DNA from: Macrostomum lignano
Taxonomy: Eukaryota
Length of the DNA: 64,000 nt
Direction of reading: 5' to 3'
Assembly: GCA_002269645.1 (NCBI GenBank)
Contig: NIVC01000389.1
Location: 1-64,000, forward strand
Position numbers and translations under genes: made by a program. The notes beneath the pieces were generated by a model. That model saw nothing but the letters and a program-made list of their open reading frames with translations. It was not told the DNA's origin and did not search any database. Below are positions 46,497 through 59,403 of this stretch, piece after piece. The stretch's first letter is position 1. Every line of letters starts with the position of its first letter.

Positions 46497-49400
46497 TTGC
46501 ATCCCCCATTCTTCACGTCCAAATCTTTGCATCCCCCATTCTTCACATCCAAATCTTTGCATCCCCCATTTTTCACGTCCAAATCTTTGCATCCCCCATT
46601 CTTCACATCCAAATCTTTGCATCCCCCATTTTTCACGTCCAAATCTTTGCATCTCCCATTCTTCACGTCCAAATCTTTGCATTCCACATTCTTCACGTCC
46701 AAATCTTTGCACCCCCATTCTTCACGTCCAAATCTTTGCATCCCCCATTCTTCACGTCCAAATCTTTTCACCCCCCATTCTTCACGTCCAAATCTTTGCA
46801 TCCCCCATTCTTCACGTCCAAATCTCCTCACCCCCCATTCTTCACGTCCAAATCTTTGCATCCCCCATTCTTCACGTCCAAATCTCTGCACCCCCCATTC
46901 TTCACGTCCAAATCTCTGCACCCCCCATTCTTCACGTCCAAATCTTTGCATCCCACAATCTTCACGTCCAAATCTTTGCATCCCCCATTCTTCACGTCCA
47001 AATCTCTGCACCCCCCATTCTTCACGTCCAAATCTCTGCATCCCCATTCTTCACGTCCAAATCTTTGCATCCCCCATTCTTCACGTCCAAATCTCCTCAC
47101 CCCCCATTCTTCACGTCCAAATCTCTGCATCCCCATTCTTCACGTCCAAATCTCCTCACCCCCCATTCTTCACGTCCAAATCTCCTCACCCCCCATTCTT
47201 CACGTCCAAATCTTTGCATCCCCCATTCTTCACGTCCAAATCTCCTCACCCCCCATTCTTCACGTCCAAATCTTTGCATCCCCCATTCTTCACGTCCAAA
47301 TCTTTGCATCCCACAATCTTCACGTCCAAATCTCTGCACCCCCCATTCTTCACGTCCAAATCTCTGCACCCCCCATTCTTCACGTCCAAATCTCTGCACC
47401 CCCCATTCTTCACGTCCAAATCTTTGCATTCCACATTCTTCACGTCCAAATCTCTGCACCCCCCATTCTTCACGTCCAAATCTCTGCACCCCCCATTCTT
47501 CACGTCCAAATCTCTGCATCCCCATTCTTCACGTCCAAATCTTTGCATCCCCCATTCTTCACGTCCAAATCTCTGCACCCCCCATTCTTCACGTCCAAAT
47601 CTCTGCATCCCCATTCTTCACGTCCAAATCTCTGCACCCCCCATTCTTCACGTCCAAATCTCTGCACCCCCCATTCTTCACGTCCAAATCTTTGCATCCC
47701 ACAATCTTCACGTCCAAATCTTTGCATCCCCCATTCTTCACGTCCAAATCTCTGCACCCCCCATTCTTCACGTCCAAATCTCTGCATCCCCATTCTTCAC
47801 GTCCAAATCTTTGCATCCCCCATTCTTCACGTCCAAATCTCCTCACCCCCCATTCTTCACGTCCAAATCTCTGCATCCCCATTCTTCACGTCCAAATCTC
47901 CTCACCCCCATTCTTCACGTCCAAATCTCCTCACCCCCCATTCTTCACGTCCAAATCTTTGCATCCCCCATTCTTCACGTCCAAATCTCCTCACCCCCCA
48001 TTCTTCACGTCCAAATCTTTGCATCCCCCATTCTTCACGTCCAAATCTTTGCATCCCACAATCTTCACGTCCAAATCTCTGCACCCCCCATTCTTCACGT
48101 CCAAATCTCTGCACCCCCCATTCTTCACGTCCAAATCTCTGCACCCCCCATTCTTCACGTCCAAATCTTTGCATTCCACATTCTTCACGTCCAAATCTCT
48201 GCACCCCCCATTCTTCACGTCCAAATCTCTGCACCCCCCATTCTTCACGTCCAAATCTCTGCATCCCCATTCTTCACGTCCAAATCTTTGCATCCCCCAT
48301 TCTTCACGTCCAAATCTCTGCACCCCCCATTCTTCACGTCCAAATCTCTGCATCCCCATTCTTCACGTCCAAATCTCCTCACCCCCATTCTTCACGTCCA
48401 AATCTCCTCACCCCCCATTCTTCACGTCCAAATCTTTGCATCCCCCATTCTTCACGTCCAAATCTCTGCATCCCACAATCTACACATCCCAAATCTTCAC
48501 ATTCCACCATCTACACATCCCAAATCTTCACATTCCACAATCTGCACATTCCACAATCTGCACATCCCACAATCTTCACATCACAATCTTCACATTCCAC
48601 AATCTTCACATCACAATCTTCACATTCCACAATCTTCACATCACAATCTTCACATTCCACAATCTTCACATCACAATCTTCACATTCCACAATCTTCACA
48701 TCACAATCTTCACATTCCACATTCTTCACATCACAATCTTCACATTCCACAATCTTCACATCACAATCTTCACATTCCACAATCTTCACATCACAATCTT
48801 CACATTCCACAATCTTCACATCACAATCTTCACATTCCACAATCTTCACATCACAATCTTCACATTCCACAATCTTCACATCACAATCTTCACATTCCAC
48901 AATCTTCACATCACAATCTTCACATTCCACAATCTTCACATCACAATCTTCACATTCCACAATCTTCACATCACAATCTTCACATTCCACAATCTTCACA
49001 TCACAATCTTCACATTCCACAATCTTCACATCACAATCTTCACATTCCACAATCTTCACATCACAATCTTCACATTCCACAATCTTCACATCACAATCTT
49101 CACATTCCACAATCTTCACATCACAATCTTCACATTCCACAATCTTCACATCACAATCTTCACATTCCACAATCTTCACATCACAATCTTCACATTCCAC
49201 AATCTTCACATCACAATCTTCACATTCCACAATCTTCACATCACAATCTTCACATTCCACAATCTTCACATCACAATCTTCACATTCCACAATCTTCACA
49301 TCACAATCTTCACATTCCACAATCTTCACATCACAATCTTCACATTCCACAATCTTCACATCACAATCTTCACATTCCACAATCTTCACATCACAATCTT

Positions 49401-50580
49401 CACATTCCACAATCTTCACATCACAATCTTCACATTCCACAATCTTCACATCACAATCTTCACATTCCACAATCTTCACATCACAATCTTCACATTCCAC
49501 AATCTTCACATCACAATCTTCACATTCCACAATCTTCACATCACAATCTTCACATTCCACAATCTTCACATCACAATCTTCACATTCCACAATCTTCACA
49601 TCACAATCTGCACATTCCACAATCTTCACATCACAATCTTCACATCACAATCTTCACATCACAATCTTCACATTCCACAATCTTCACATCACAATCTTCA
49701 CATTCCACAATCTTCACATCACAATCTTCACATTCCACAATCTTCACATCACAATCTTCACATTCCACAATCTTCACATCACAATCTTCACATTCTACAA
49801 TCTTCACATCACAATCTTCACATTCCACAATCTTCACATCACAATCTTCACATTCCACAATCTTCACATCACAATCTTCACATTCCACAATCTTCACATC
49901 ACAATCTTCACATTCCACAATCTTCACATCACAATCTTCACATTCCACAATCTTCACATCACAATCTTCACATTCCACAATCTTCACATCACAATCTTCA
50001 CATTCCACAATCTTCACATCACAATCTTCACATTCCACAATCTTCACATCACAATCTTCACATTCCACAATCTTCACATCACAATCTTCACATTCCACAA
50101 TCTTCACATCACAATCTTCACATTCCACAATCTTCACATCACAATCTTCACATTCCACAATCTTCACATCACAATCTTCACATTCCACAATCTTCACATC
50201 ACAATCTTCACATCACAATCTTCACATTCCACAATCTTCACATCACAATCTTCACATTCCACAATCTTCACATCACAATCTTCACATTCCACAATCTTCA
50301 CATCACAATCTTCACATTCCACAATCTTCACATCACAATCTTCACATTCCACAATCTTCACATCACAATCTTCACATTCTACAATCTTCACATCACAATC
50401 TTCACATTCCACAATCTTCACATCACAATCTTCACATTCCACAATCTTCACATCACAATCTTCACATTCCACAATCTTCACATCACAATCTTCACATTCC
50501 ACAATCTTCACATCACAATCTTCACATTCCACAATCTTCACATCACAATCTTCACATTCCACAATCTTCACATCACAATC
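46497..50580. repeat. 4.1-kb satellite: 29-30-bp unit (CCCCCATTCTTCACGTCCAAATCTTTGCAT) switching near 48480 to a 30-bp 14+16 dimer (CACAATCTTCACAT + CACAATCTTCACATTC)
   Basis: Directly visible. The lack of stop triplets on the + strand explains the three 1380-1400-aa ORFs. Confidence 0.97.
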
Positions 50581-51189
50581 GTCGGAAAGTTTTCTGTTTT
50601 CAATCGTGTCAAAAATTGAATTTAACAATAAAAATTAGCTATTTGCATTCTGAATTGCTGCCAAATAGCATTTTACATGCATGTCTTTACCAGTAAATTT
50701 AAAGGCTAAAGTGCTTTATATGCTACTTTTATCATCTTAGAGATACGCCAGTATGTCAGCATTCGACATGCTTTGTTGTGGCTGTTGAAAATATCACTAA
50801 TATTAATTCATGCAGCACTACTTTACAAGTAACTTATCTAATAAGCATTTTTATTGGATTTCTAATTTTAATTGTATTGCTTTTGGCTATGCGTGTACTT
50901 TCCGATTTTTGTAGCAACTGTTTTTGTATTTTTTCACTCTTATTCAATATTCTTTAGTTAGTTGGATTTTTATGCTAGCAAGACCGAAAATCTTTTTATA
51001 AATTGACGGCAAGGAGTGATTTTTTGATATTTTATTTTTCAAAGAAAATTAAATCGCCTATAATTGAACAAAATAATATTTGCTACTTATAGTAGGTTAC
51101 TGTGTCTCTGAGTTCTTTCATCTTTTCTGTCTGCTAAGTTTAGAGTTAAGTAGAAGATGAGGGACTTGAAACCTGTATAGTTGAGACAG

Positions 51190-51490
51190 AATGAGAACTT
51201 GGGATCCTTAGAGACTTGGGATTTGGGAGGGACTTGGGATCCTTCAGGATTTGGGATTCGGGAGGGACTTGGGATCCTTAGAGACTTGGGATTCGGGAGG
51301 GACTTGGCATCATTCAGGATTTGGGATTCGGGAGGGACTTGGCATCATTCAGGATTTGGGATTCGGGAGGGACTTGGGATCCTTCTGAATTTGGGATTCG
51401 GGAGGGACTTGGGATCCTTCGACCGCGATTTGGGATTCAGGGGGAACTTGGTATGATTCAGGATTTTGGGATTTAAGACATGGGATCCCG
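51190..51490. repeat. G-rich ~35-bp minisatellite (GGGATTCGGGAGGGACTTGGGATCCTTCAGGATTT)
   Basis: About 8 units with many GGG runs. Confidence 0.85.
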
Positions 51491-51718
51491 TTAGATGATG
51501 GATTTTGCTAGACTTCATTACTCAGAACCTAAGAATGTTTAAATATTCGCTAAGTATTCAAAATTTCGTCATCATTGCAGGTTTGCACACTCCAAATCGC
51601 TAACGCCGCTTCCAACTTTGGCGGTTTAAAACAAAATTCCAGGCAAAGAAGACTTAAATAAGCAAATATTCGATTTCTAATTGAGGCTTAAGGCAAATAT
51701 TACTTATTGCTTGTTGCT

Positions 51719-53920
51719 ATGGCCGCCGCGGCCGCAGCAGCAGCCGCCGCAGCATCTGCGGGCCCGCCGGGTCCCAGCGGCCGTGGCCTGGTGCTGTTCC
51801 AGAGCACCATCCAGAATGCCAGCATGCTGCTTGGCCAGCTGTCCGAACTGCAACTTCTGGAGGCTGTGCGCACCATCCACTCGTTGCAGGACCGGGCGTT
51901 GAGCATCCTGCTGCCCAGGTGTGGCAGGTCGCTTCAGATGCTCATGCAGCAGCCGCAGCATCAGCTATCGACACAGCCTCCTGCGCCACCACATCAGCAG
52001 CAACAACAGCAGCAACAGAAGCAGCAACAGCAACAGCATCGACAACTTCAACAACCGCGACCGCCGGCTCCTAGACCTTCGGCGCCAAGGCCGCAGCCGC
52101 CTCAGCAGCAGCAACAACAGCAGCAGCCGCCGCCACCACAGCAGCGTTTGGCTCCGCCAAGCTCCAGCCAAATGTCGGACTACACCGCCGCCTTGCCAGC
52201 TGTAGGCATCAAGCGATCTAACAGCGTGCCGGATCTGGCAGCAGATGAACCCGCGCCCAAGACGGCCAGGTTGTTGCAGGCGCAGCAGCAGCAGCAGCCG
52301 CCCCCGCCTCCTCCTCCTCCAACATCGGCTTCTTGCCAGCAGCGACCGCCAATGCCCGGCTTCAGCCATCAGCAGCGCCCGCCTCTGCCTCGGCCTCCAC
52401 CGCCGCCGCCACCTCCGCTGCAGCATCTGCAGCAGATGCAACAAATGCAACAGATGCAGCACCGGGCCCAGCATCCTCAGCAGCATCCTCATCATCATCC
52501 TCCTCCTCAGCATCAGCATCCCCAGCATCCGGCAACTATGTCGCCTCATCGGCCCAGGCCGCCGTTGCCGCCGCAGTCGCCCCAGCAGTTGCCGCAGATG
52601 CCAACTTCGGCGGCAACAACGCGATTTCCGTTCGGTCTGCCGCCAGGCATGCCGCAGCAGCAGCCGCAGCACCGGCCGCCGCAGATGTCACCACATCATC
52701 TTGTGCAGCATCAGCAGCAGCCTCCGCATCCTCATCAGCATCCAGGAGTTCCTTCAGCTCAGCAGCAGCAGCAGCAGCGGAATACAATGTCTCCCGGCAA
52801 AATTCCGGCTTCGTCTTCTGCCGCCGCCGCCACCTCCTCCGCCGCCACTGCCGGAATTTTGACTGGCGGCGGCGGCGGCTATCGGCCGGCCCAGTCGCCT
52901 CATCAGCTACCGCCGTCTCAGCATCCGCAGCAACCAATGCCGCCGCCTCCGCCGTCGTATCAGCAGCAACAGCAGCAGCAAAGCCAGTACCGTCCCATGC
53001 AGCCGTCCTGCGATCTAGATGACGCCGACCAGCAGCAGCAGCAGCAGGACCGGATGATGTTTCACCGATTCCGCACCGCGCAGTACCTGCTGCACCGGCC
53101 GAACTGCATGTCAGCTCCTGACAGGGACTTCGACAACCGACTGTTGCAGGCCTGGTTCAGCTGCCCGCCGAGGGAGCGGCCGAGGCTCTACCGTCAGGCT
53201 GACGCTATTATTTCTGACGTTGATCCGACCGGATGCCGACGTCGGCAAGCTCACGCCTTGATGTCGCATGTGCCGCATCAGCAGCATCATCAGCTGCATC
53301 AGCAGCAGCAGCAGCATCAGCAGCCTCAGCACTCGCCAATGCCCAGCCTGCCCAGCCTAGCAGCCCTAGCCAGTTCACCTACCCACGATCTCATCCCGCC
53401 TTTGGTTGTATCGCCGCGTCCTCAGCAGCAGCAGCAGCCGCAGCAACAGCGGCAACAGACGCAACCAAACTCTGACGACGCCTCTGGCGGCGGTGGCAGC
53501 GGCTGCGCCAGCTCCGACTCGGTGCTCTCAGCCGCCATCGTCAAATCCGAGGCCACATTTGGTGCCGGCGCTGGCGGCGGTCTGGACGACGGCTACTGCC
53601 TGCAGCAGATGCACCTGCCGCTGCTCATGGAGCTGGAGCCGCCCGCTTCTGCCCAGCCTCCCGACGGCGACGGCGACAACGGCAACCATGAAGGCGACGG
53701 CGAAAATCGATCGACAGCAACACCGAATATTGTTGCCAATGGCAACGGGGACAACAGCAACAATGACAGCGGCGAGCAGCAGCAGCACGAGGAGCACCGG
53801 CCGACAGCAGAACCAGCCGAGGCACCAGCTGATGCCGCCGAAGCCGCCGCCACAACTGCCGAATCCAACAACAACAGCGGCAACAGCAGCTCAGCGTTTA
53901 ACGACAGCTCAGATGCTTGA
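51719..53920 (+). CDS. Orphan Q/P/H-rich protein (733 aa) with a helical N-terminal motif and a possible divergent HMG-box-like domain
   Basis: 2.2-kb uninterrupted ORF with CAG-coded polyQ in frame and two islands of complex sequence (51788-51910, 53048-53212). Confidence 0.75.
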   Translation: MAAAAAAAAAAASAGPPGPSGRGLVLFQSTIQNASMLLGQLSELQLLEAVRTIHSLQDRALSILLPRCGRSLQMLMQQPQHQLSTQPPAPPHQQQQQQQQKQQQQQHRQLQQPRPPAPRPSAPRPQPPQQQQQQQQPPPPQQRLAPPSSSQMSDYTAALPAVGIKRSNSVPDLAADEPAPKTARLLQAQQQQQPPPPPPPPTSASCQQRPPMPGFSHQQRPPLPRPPPPPPPPLQHLQQMQQMQQMQHRAQHPQQHPHHHPPPQHQHPQHPATMSPHRPRPPLPPQSPQQLPQMPTSAATTRFPFGLPPGMPQQQPQHRPPQMSPHHLVQHQQQPPHPHQHPGVPSAQQQQQQRNTMSPGKIPASSSAAAATSSAATAGILTGGGGGYRPAQSPHQLPPSQHPQQPMPPPPPSYQQQQQQQSQYRPMQPSCDLDDADQQQQQQDRMMFHRFRTAQYLLHRPNCMSAPDRDFDNRLLQAWFSCPPRERPRLYRQADAIISDVDPTGCRRRQAHALMSHVPHQQHHQLHQQQQQHQQPQHSPMPSLPSLAALASSPTHDLIPPLVVSPRPQQQQQPQQQRQQTQPNSDDASGGGGSGCASSDSVLSAAIVKSEATFGAGAGGGLDDGYCLQQMHLPLLMELEPPASAQPPDGDGDNGNHEGDGENRSTATPNIVANGNGDNSNNDSGEQQQHEEHRPTAEPAEAPADAAEAAATTAESNNNSGNSSSAFNDSSDA

Positions 53921-54043
53921 CCGGTTCAGTTCCGTGCGCACTGTCCTTAGGATCGCTAGTAGTATAGCAGAGACAGGGCAGTTCAACTTTATCGGAAGCA
54001 TTCATTCAAGGCTAGCTTATGCATCGGTTTTCAACTCCTGATA

Positions 54044-54188
54044 TGAAAGGTGTCCAAAAAGTAAAGTGGGAAATTTCAACCTAGCTTACAGTTGGATTCA
54101 GATTCAGCTGCCGGCATTCACAAGTTACATCCAATCTAGTACGTTCAATCTAGGTTGAAACTCCCCACTACTTTTTGGACACCTCTCG
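54044..54188. mobile_element. Tc1/mariner-type MITE (145 bp)
   Basis: About 40-bp imperfect TIRs (AGGTGTCCAAAAAGTA...TTTCAACCTAG) flanked by TA on both sides. Confidence 0.8.
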
Positions 54189-54759
54189 TAAATTTGACGG
54201 CATTGTCCTTCCTCCTCTACTGCAAGCAGTTTTTTGCTATTTTATTTTCTCTGTCGATATCGATACAATCGTCACATCTTGTCACATTATATACTACTGC
54301 TATTGTTACTCAGTAGGCAAGTAGCGCATTTTTTGCATTCGAATCTTTTCCGCTTATTTTTTTAAACTTCCCTCGGTAGGTAATGATCTTTATGCAACGA
54401 AAAAAAGCAGCAGCATTCGAGCTCCTGAGATTAACTACAGTTTCTCCTACTAAATCAGCAGAGAGTTTGCTTTGTTGCATAAATTCCTTCCTTGTAGTTC
54501 AATAACAGCTTGAGAAGTTTTGTTGTTTTGTTATATATATTTTTAATTTTCAATTTAGGCCACATATTTCTAAAGAAAACATTGCTTCTCCTCGCGTCCT
54601 TATAGTGTTATCCCTTCCAGTTGCCATGCTTCCAACAGTAACAGTTTTTGGCTGTAGTTTTGCGGGAGAAATTTTAATGCTCGGTTGCTGGCATCTATAT
54701 ACCTCAGCTAACTTATCTTGGTCAAACTCTCAAATCCTCTTGTTGAGTTGTCAGATCAT

Positions 54760-55650
54760 CAGCTCACGCTCTCAGATCCCCAGCTCACACACTCAGATCC
54801 TCAGACTACACTCCCAGATCCTCAGCTCACACTCTCAGATCCCCAGCTCACACTCTCAGATCCTCAGCTCAACACTCTCAGATCCTCAGATCAAACTCTC
54901 AGATCCTCAGCTCACACTCTCAGATCCTCAGCTCACACTCTCAGATCCTCAGCTCACACTCTCAGATCCTCAGCTCACACTCTCAGATCCTCAGCTCACT
55001 CTCAGATCCTCAGCTCACACACTCAGATCCTCAGCTCACATTCTCAGATCCTCAGCTCAACACTCCCAGATCCTCAGATCACATTCTCAGATCCTCAGCT
55101 CAACACTCCCAGATCCTCAGATCACATTCTCAGATCCTCAGCTCACACTCTCAGATCCTCAGCTCACACTCTCAGATCCTCAGCTCACACTCTCAGATCC
55201 TCAGCTCACACTCTCAGATCCTCAGCTCACACTCTCTGATCCTCAGCTCACACTCTCAGATCCTCAGCTCACACTCTCAGATCCTCAGCTCACACTCTCA
55301 GATCCTCAGCTCACACTCTCAGATCCTCAGCTCACACTCTCAGATCCTCAGCTCACACTCTCAGATCCTCAGCTCACACTCTCAGATCCTCAGCTCACAC
55401 TCTCAGATCCTCAGCTCACTCTCAGATCCTCAGCTCAACACTCCCAGATCCTCAGATCACATTCTCAGATCCTCAGCTCACACTCTCAGATCCTCAGCTC
55501 ACTATTCTCAGATCCTCAGCTCACACTCTCTGATCCTCAGCTCACACTCTCAGATCCTCAGCTCACACTCTCAGATCCTCAGCTCACACTCTCTGATACT
55601 CAGCTCACACTCTCTGATCCTCAGCTCACACTCTCAGATCCTCAGCTCAC
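54760..55650. repeat. 21-bp minisatellite (CAGATCCTCAGCTCACACTCT)
   Basis: About 42 units; source of ORFs 54605-55729 and 54718-55239. Confidence 0.95.
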
Positions 55651-56558
55651 ACTTCCAGTCCCTCAGGCGGACATTGCCACACTCAGATTCACAAATTGGG
55701 CAGAATTATTCAATCTTTCTTGCTTTTAAAATACTTGTAGCTTTTTCTGAACGTTCTTCCCAAGCTAGTAACATGTTGCGGCATTTTCTCAACTGATGAG
55801 AAAACTGACGTGATTGGCCCCCGATTTCTCAAAGCAAAGCGCAAGAAGTCCAGCTTTTTGGCATAATAACAGCTAGCAACAGTTTATTAATTTGGTTAGT
55901 CTAGGTTGAATAGCATCAAATAATTGTGTATCAATTCGATCTATAATAAATTTCTCTTTTTTATGTTGTTTTTTGTTAAATTAACAGAAAATTTTGTAAA
56001 TAGCGTTCACTCTGATCGAGTCACAATACTGTCACATCGATGTCGTTCTTCTATAAACGCATCATACATGCGCTAATGCTTGGACTTACCAATCTGTTAA
56101 TAGTAAAGTACTTTATCGCAACAACTTGTGTAAAATATCCGAGTATTACCAAACATATAATTTTGCTTCTTATATAGTGATTAAATAAACACGTTAAACT
56201 CTACCAATTTTTGCTGAGGTGACTGACACAATCAGAATTCAGTTTTATAGTTGTAGTCTGAGAAAATATTCTGTTTTTCTTTACTTTTGCGTTTTTCTCC
56301 GTTTAATTTCGAGCCTTTTGACCATAGACTATGGAAAGCAATGGTTGGGCCACCCCCCTCCCCACGATTGCTTTTTTCCATGGCTGCTCGATGCATTGTA
56401 GCTGTTGGGTTGTGATTAGTCTATGGCCGAGCTCCCCGTCTCCTAGGCTAGATAGCTAGTCTGTTGAAGTCCATAGAGGCGATAGAAAATTTTGTCTCTA
56501 TCTCAGTTGTTTAGTATTTTAGCTACTTTTACTTGATTTGGCAAATCTCACATTAACT

Positions 56559-57576
56559 ATGGCCGATAGATCAACAACAACAGAAGACAAACAAGTCTTC
56601 ATAGAGCTGGCGCAGTTCCAAGACACCCTGGCCTGCGCCTCGGCCATGCTGCCTAATCTAGACCAGTCTGACTTGATGTCCGCCCTGCTGCTAGCTATGC
56701 AACTGCAGAGTAGAATAGTTGGTATTATGATGATGCCGGACGCCAGTAGCAGGCCAGCTGAAGACGGTCGGTGGTCTTCGACGACTGAGGCTTCTACTGA
56801 GTCGTCAGTGATGCCGGCAGAAGCGGAGGCTGAGCTAAATCAGGATCGTGTTGACGATGTTGCCACTGTCGCTATCGAGTCTGAGATTCTCAGCGGTGAG
56901 CTGGGCGGCGGTGAATTGCCGCAAGAGTCGCCGAGTCTCGATGATGCTGACGAGGACTCTCCTCCATCAGCAACAAAGCGAATCAAGCTCGAGCTGGCTG
57001 GCCAGCGAACGCAACCGCACGAGGAGCTCGGATTCTTCGTAGCCCAGGTTAACAGCGGTGAGAACGAATCGACCACAAGGGACGAAGAATGCGACTTTAT
57101 TGTCGATCCGGAGGATGGGGTGAGTTAGTAGACAAGAAATTACCTATCTCTAGCCAGCAATCGGCAAAGACCTGGTCCATAGATAATTACTTAATTTCAT
57201 CGATTGATAGATTGGGTGCAAATCTTATAACTTGTGCCTACCTTGACCCCACCTTGAAACTTAGCATGAAAGTGCACGCATGCGAAGCCGCGAAAATGCG
57301 ACGAAACCAATAATTCATTACTTTACTTCTTCCACGATACAGGGCTTCATTATTCCCGGTTTCACAATTGTCGATGGAAGCAGCCACTGTCAAGACTTCT
57401 CATCAGCTGAGCAATCTTCATCTTCACCTTCTTCAAGTTATTCCACGAAAACTGGGCCACCATCATTGCCTTTTTCTACTGGTCAACTGTTGCTCAACAG
57501 CCGAGTGGTGTCTGCCCTAACTAGGGCCGCCGTATTCGCCGCCGCCAACGGGAAAGTTCGAGAGTCAGGAAATTGA
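56559..57576 (+). CDS. Orphan acidic protein sharing the N-terminal motif of 51719-53920. Exons 56559-57119 and 57343-57576
   Basis: ATG in good context, GGG|GTGAGT donor and ATACAG|GGC acceptor, both phase 0. A basic NLS-like TKRIKLE is present. Confidence 0.65.
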
Positions 57577-59403
57577 AATTTGAATATACGAGTATTTTGT
57601 GCAGTAGCTTGAAACTGAAAGCTTCAAATTCAAATTCAAGTGTTGAGTGTTGAAGTAGAGTATCGTGTGCATGTGTGTACTGTATGTGTCGTGTACATGT
57701 ACATAGGTATGAACATTTTTAGCTTACAAGGTTATTTAATACGGATTATTCAGAGTACGTTTTGTGTTAGAGCAGGTACTTTTGTAAAACATGTTTACGC
57801 ATACACGTTTCGCGTATTGTATTTCATGCGCTGTTATGTAGGCTTACATGTGCAACACGTTCTTTAATTAATCATACTGTAGATTGTTTACATTAAATAA
57901 AGCTATACCTCTTTCGAATAACTGCAGTTTAATTTGAAAATGTTGATTTAAACTACTGGCTGCCTTGTTAATTACTTTACCACCGAGTTGTTGACAATGA
58001 AATCTAAAATACACGGCATTTGCGGTTAAAACGAATTACATAATCATAGAGTTTTTCTCGAAACTACAGTTTATGTTCTCTTATTGATATCTTTGAGACT
58101 CAAAGATATATGCTACGTCGGCGTAAAATGTGAGCCAATAATGATAAAAATACGTTTTTGCGCGCGATTTCAAAAAAGAAAAAACAACCTAATCGGCCCG
58201 GCGAAGCGACCTCGGTCGTGACTTGTGTGGTAGTAGCTTGGTACAGATTACCATGTTAAACCAATGTCAAAGCTGGCGGGCTGTACCTGTTTGTACCGCT
58301 ATCACAAATATATCATATTGAGCTGGTTTTAACATTTTACAACCGTTTCATGCTCTACTAGGGCCTATTTAATAATAATATTTTGATGCTTCACTAAATG
58401 ACTGAATTCTTTAGGTCCAATTTTAAACGTATGGCCCATTGTGCTCTAAATTTGCTATACTTTTACAATGCAAATAGTAGAGTTTTGTACTAATTGTTTG
58501 CCTAGAAGCATTATCTGGAAGCATTAACACTAATATTAATAACTTTATACTATTAGTATTAATTATAGTTGTTAAAGTTAAAGCTTTTACTAGGCATGCA
58601 ACATGAATTATAAGTATCTATTTCTATTATTAGCATTCATTGCTAATTGAAAGTAAATGATAACTTTAACTAGTATCATTAAAATTTAAGGTTAGGTTTT
58701 TTGTTATATTATAAAATTTATAGCATAGGCACATAAGCTATTTCTTTAATACATGATATGATAGATATGTAATAAATAAATTTGTTTCATTCTTTATGTC
58801 ATAAATAAGTCTCAAAATTAATTTAAAATCTAAATAAATAAAATGTGACTGGGTGCTGACCCATTTGGTAATAAACAAATTTGGCAACAATAAAGGAAGA
58901 ACAATTGTGTATTATCATTTTTTTAAATAGAGCCTAGGCTATTTTAGTATAACAGTATTAGGCTAGTCAATGCATATAAGTTAGGCTTAGGCCTAGATTT
59001 TCTATTTTAATTGAGTTTTTATTTATAGGCCATCCTGTGCTTTTTAAATATGCTTATTTCCAAGAAATGTTTATTTGTGCAATGTTTAATTATTTTAATC
59101 AAATACCTTTTTTCTATTAATATTAGGCCTAAAGGTTATATCATATAAGCCATACTCTGGATCAATAGATCATATTGTATATGTCCAAAAAATCAGGCAT
59201 GCATTGGCTTTGCATGCCAAAAGTAGGCATCTAAGATGGAAAGAGAAGATTTCTTTTTTAAACAGTAAATATTGTTGAAAAGTTGGGGTTTTTCCTTCGA
59301 AACTGGTTAGCATTGCATTCGCACGAATCAAGCCAGAAATCACACAGACTAATCACAACGGAGCTAGGGGCCAGCCATAAATGCGCAGTTGGCTGTCAAT
59401 GAG

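Noticed and set aside
46465-50696. Three ~1400-aa ORFs in all + frames, and CXXC-rich ORFs on the - strand
   Set aside because: These are translations of a satellite that lacks stop triplets. Equal openness in all frames and frequent frame-shifting unit indels argue against coding.
51921-54041. Many overlapping alternative-frame and antisense ORFs over the Q-rich gene
   Set aside because: These are shadow ORFs expected from GC-rich CAG/CCG repeats; the same holds over FPGS, HINT and TMEM232.
58090-58230. Possible Helitron/DINE-like end near GGCCCGGCGAAGCGACC
   Set aside because: There is no convincing hairpin plus CTRR and no second copy in the window.
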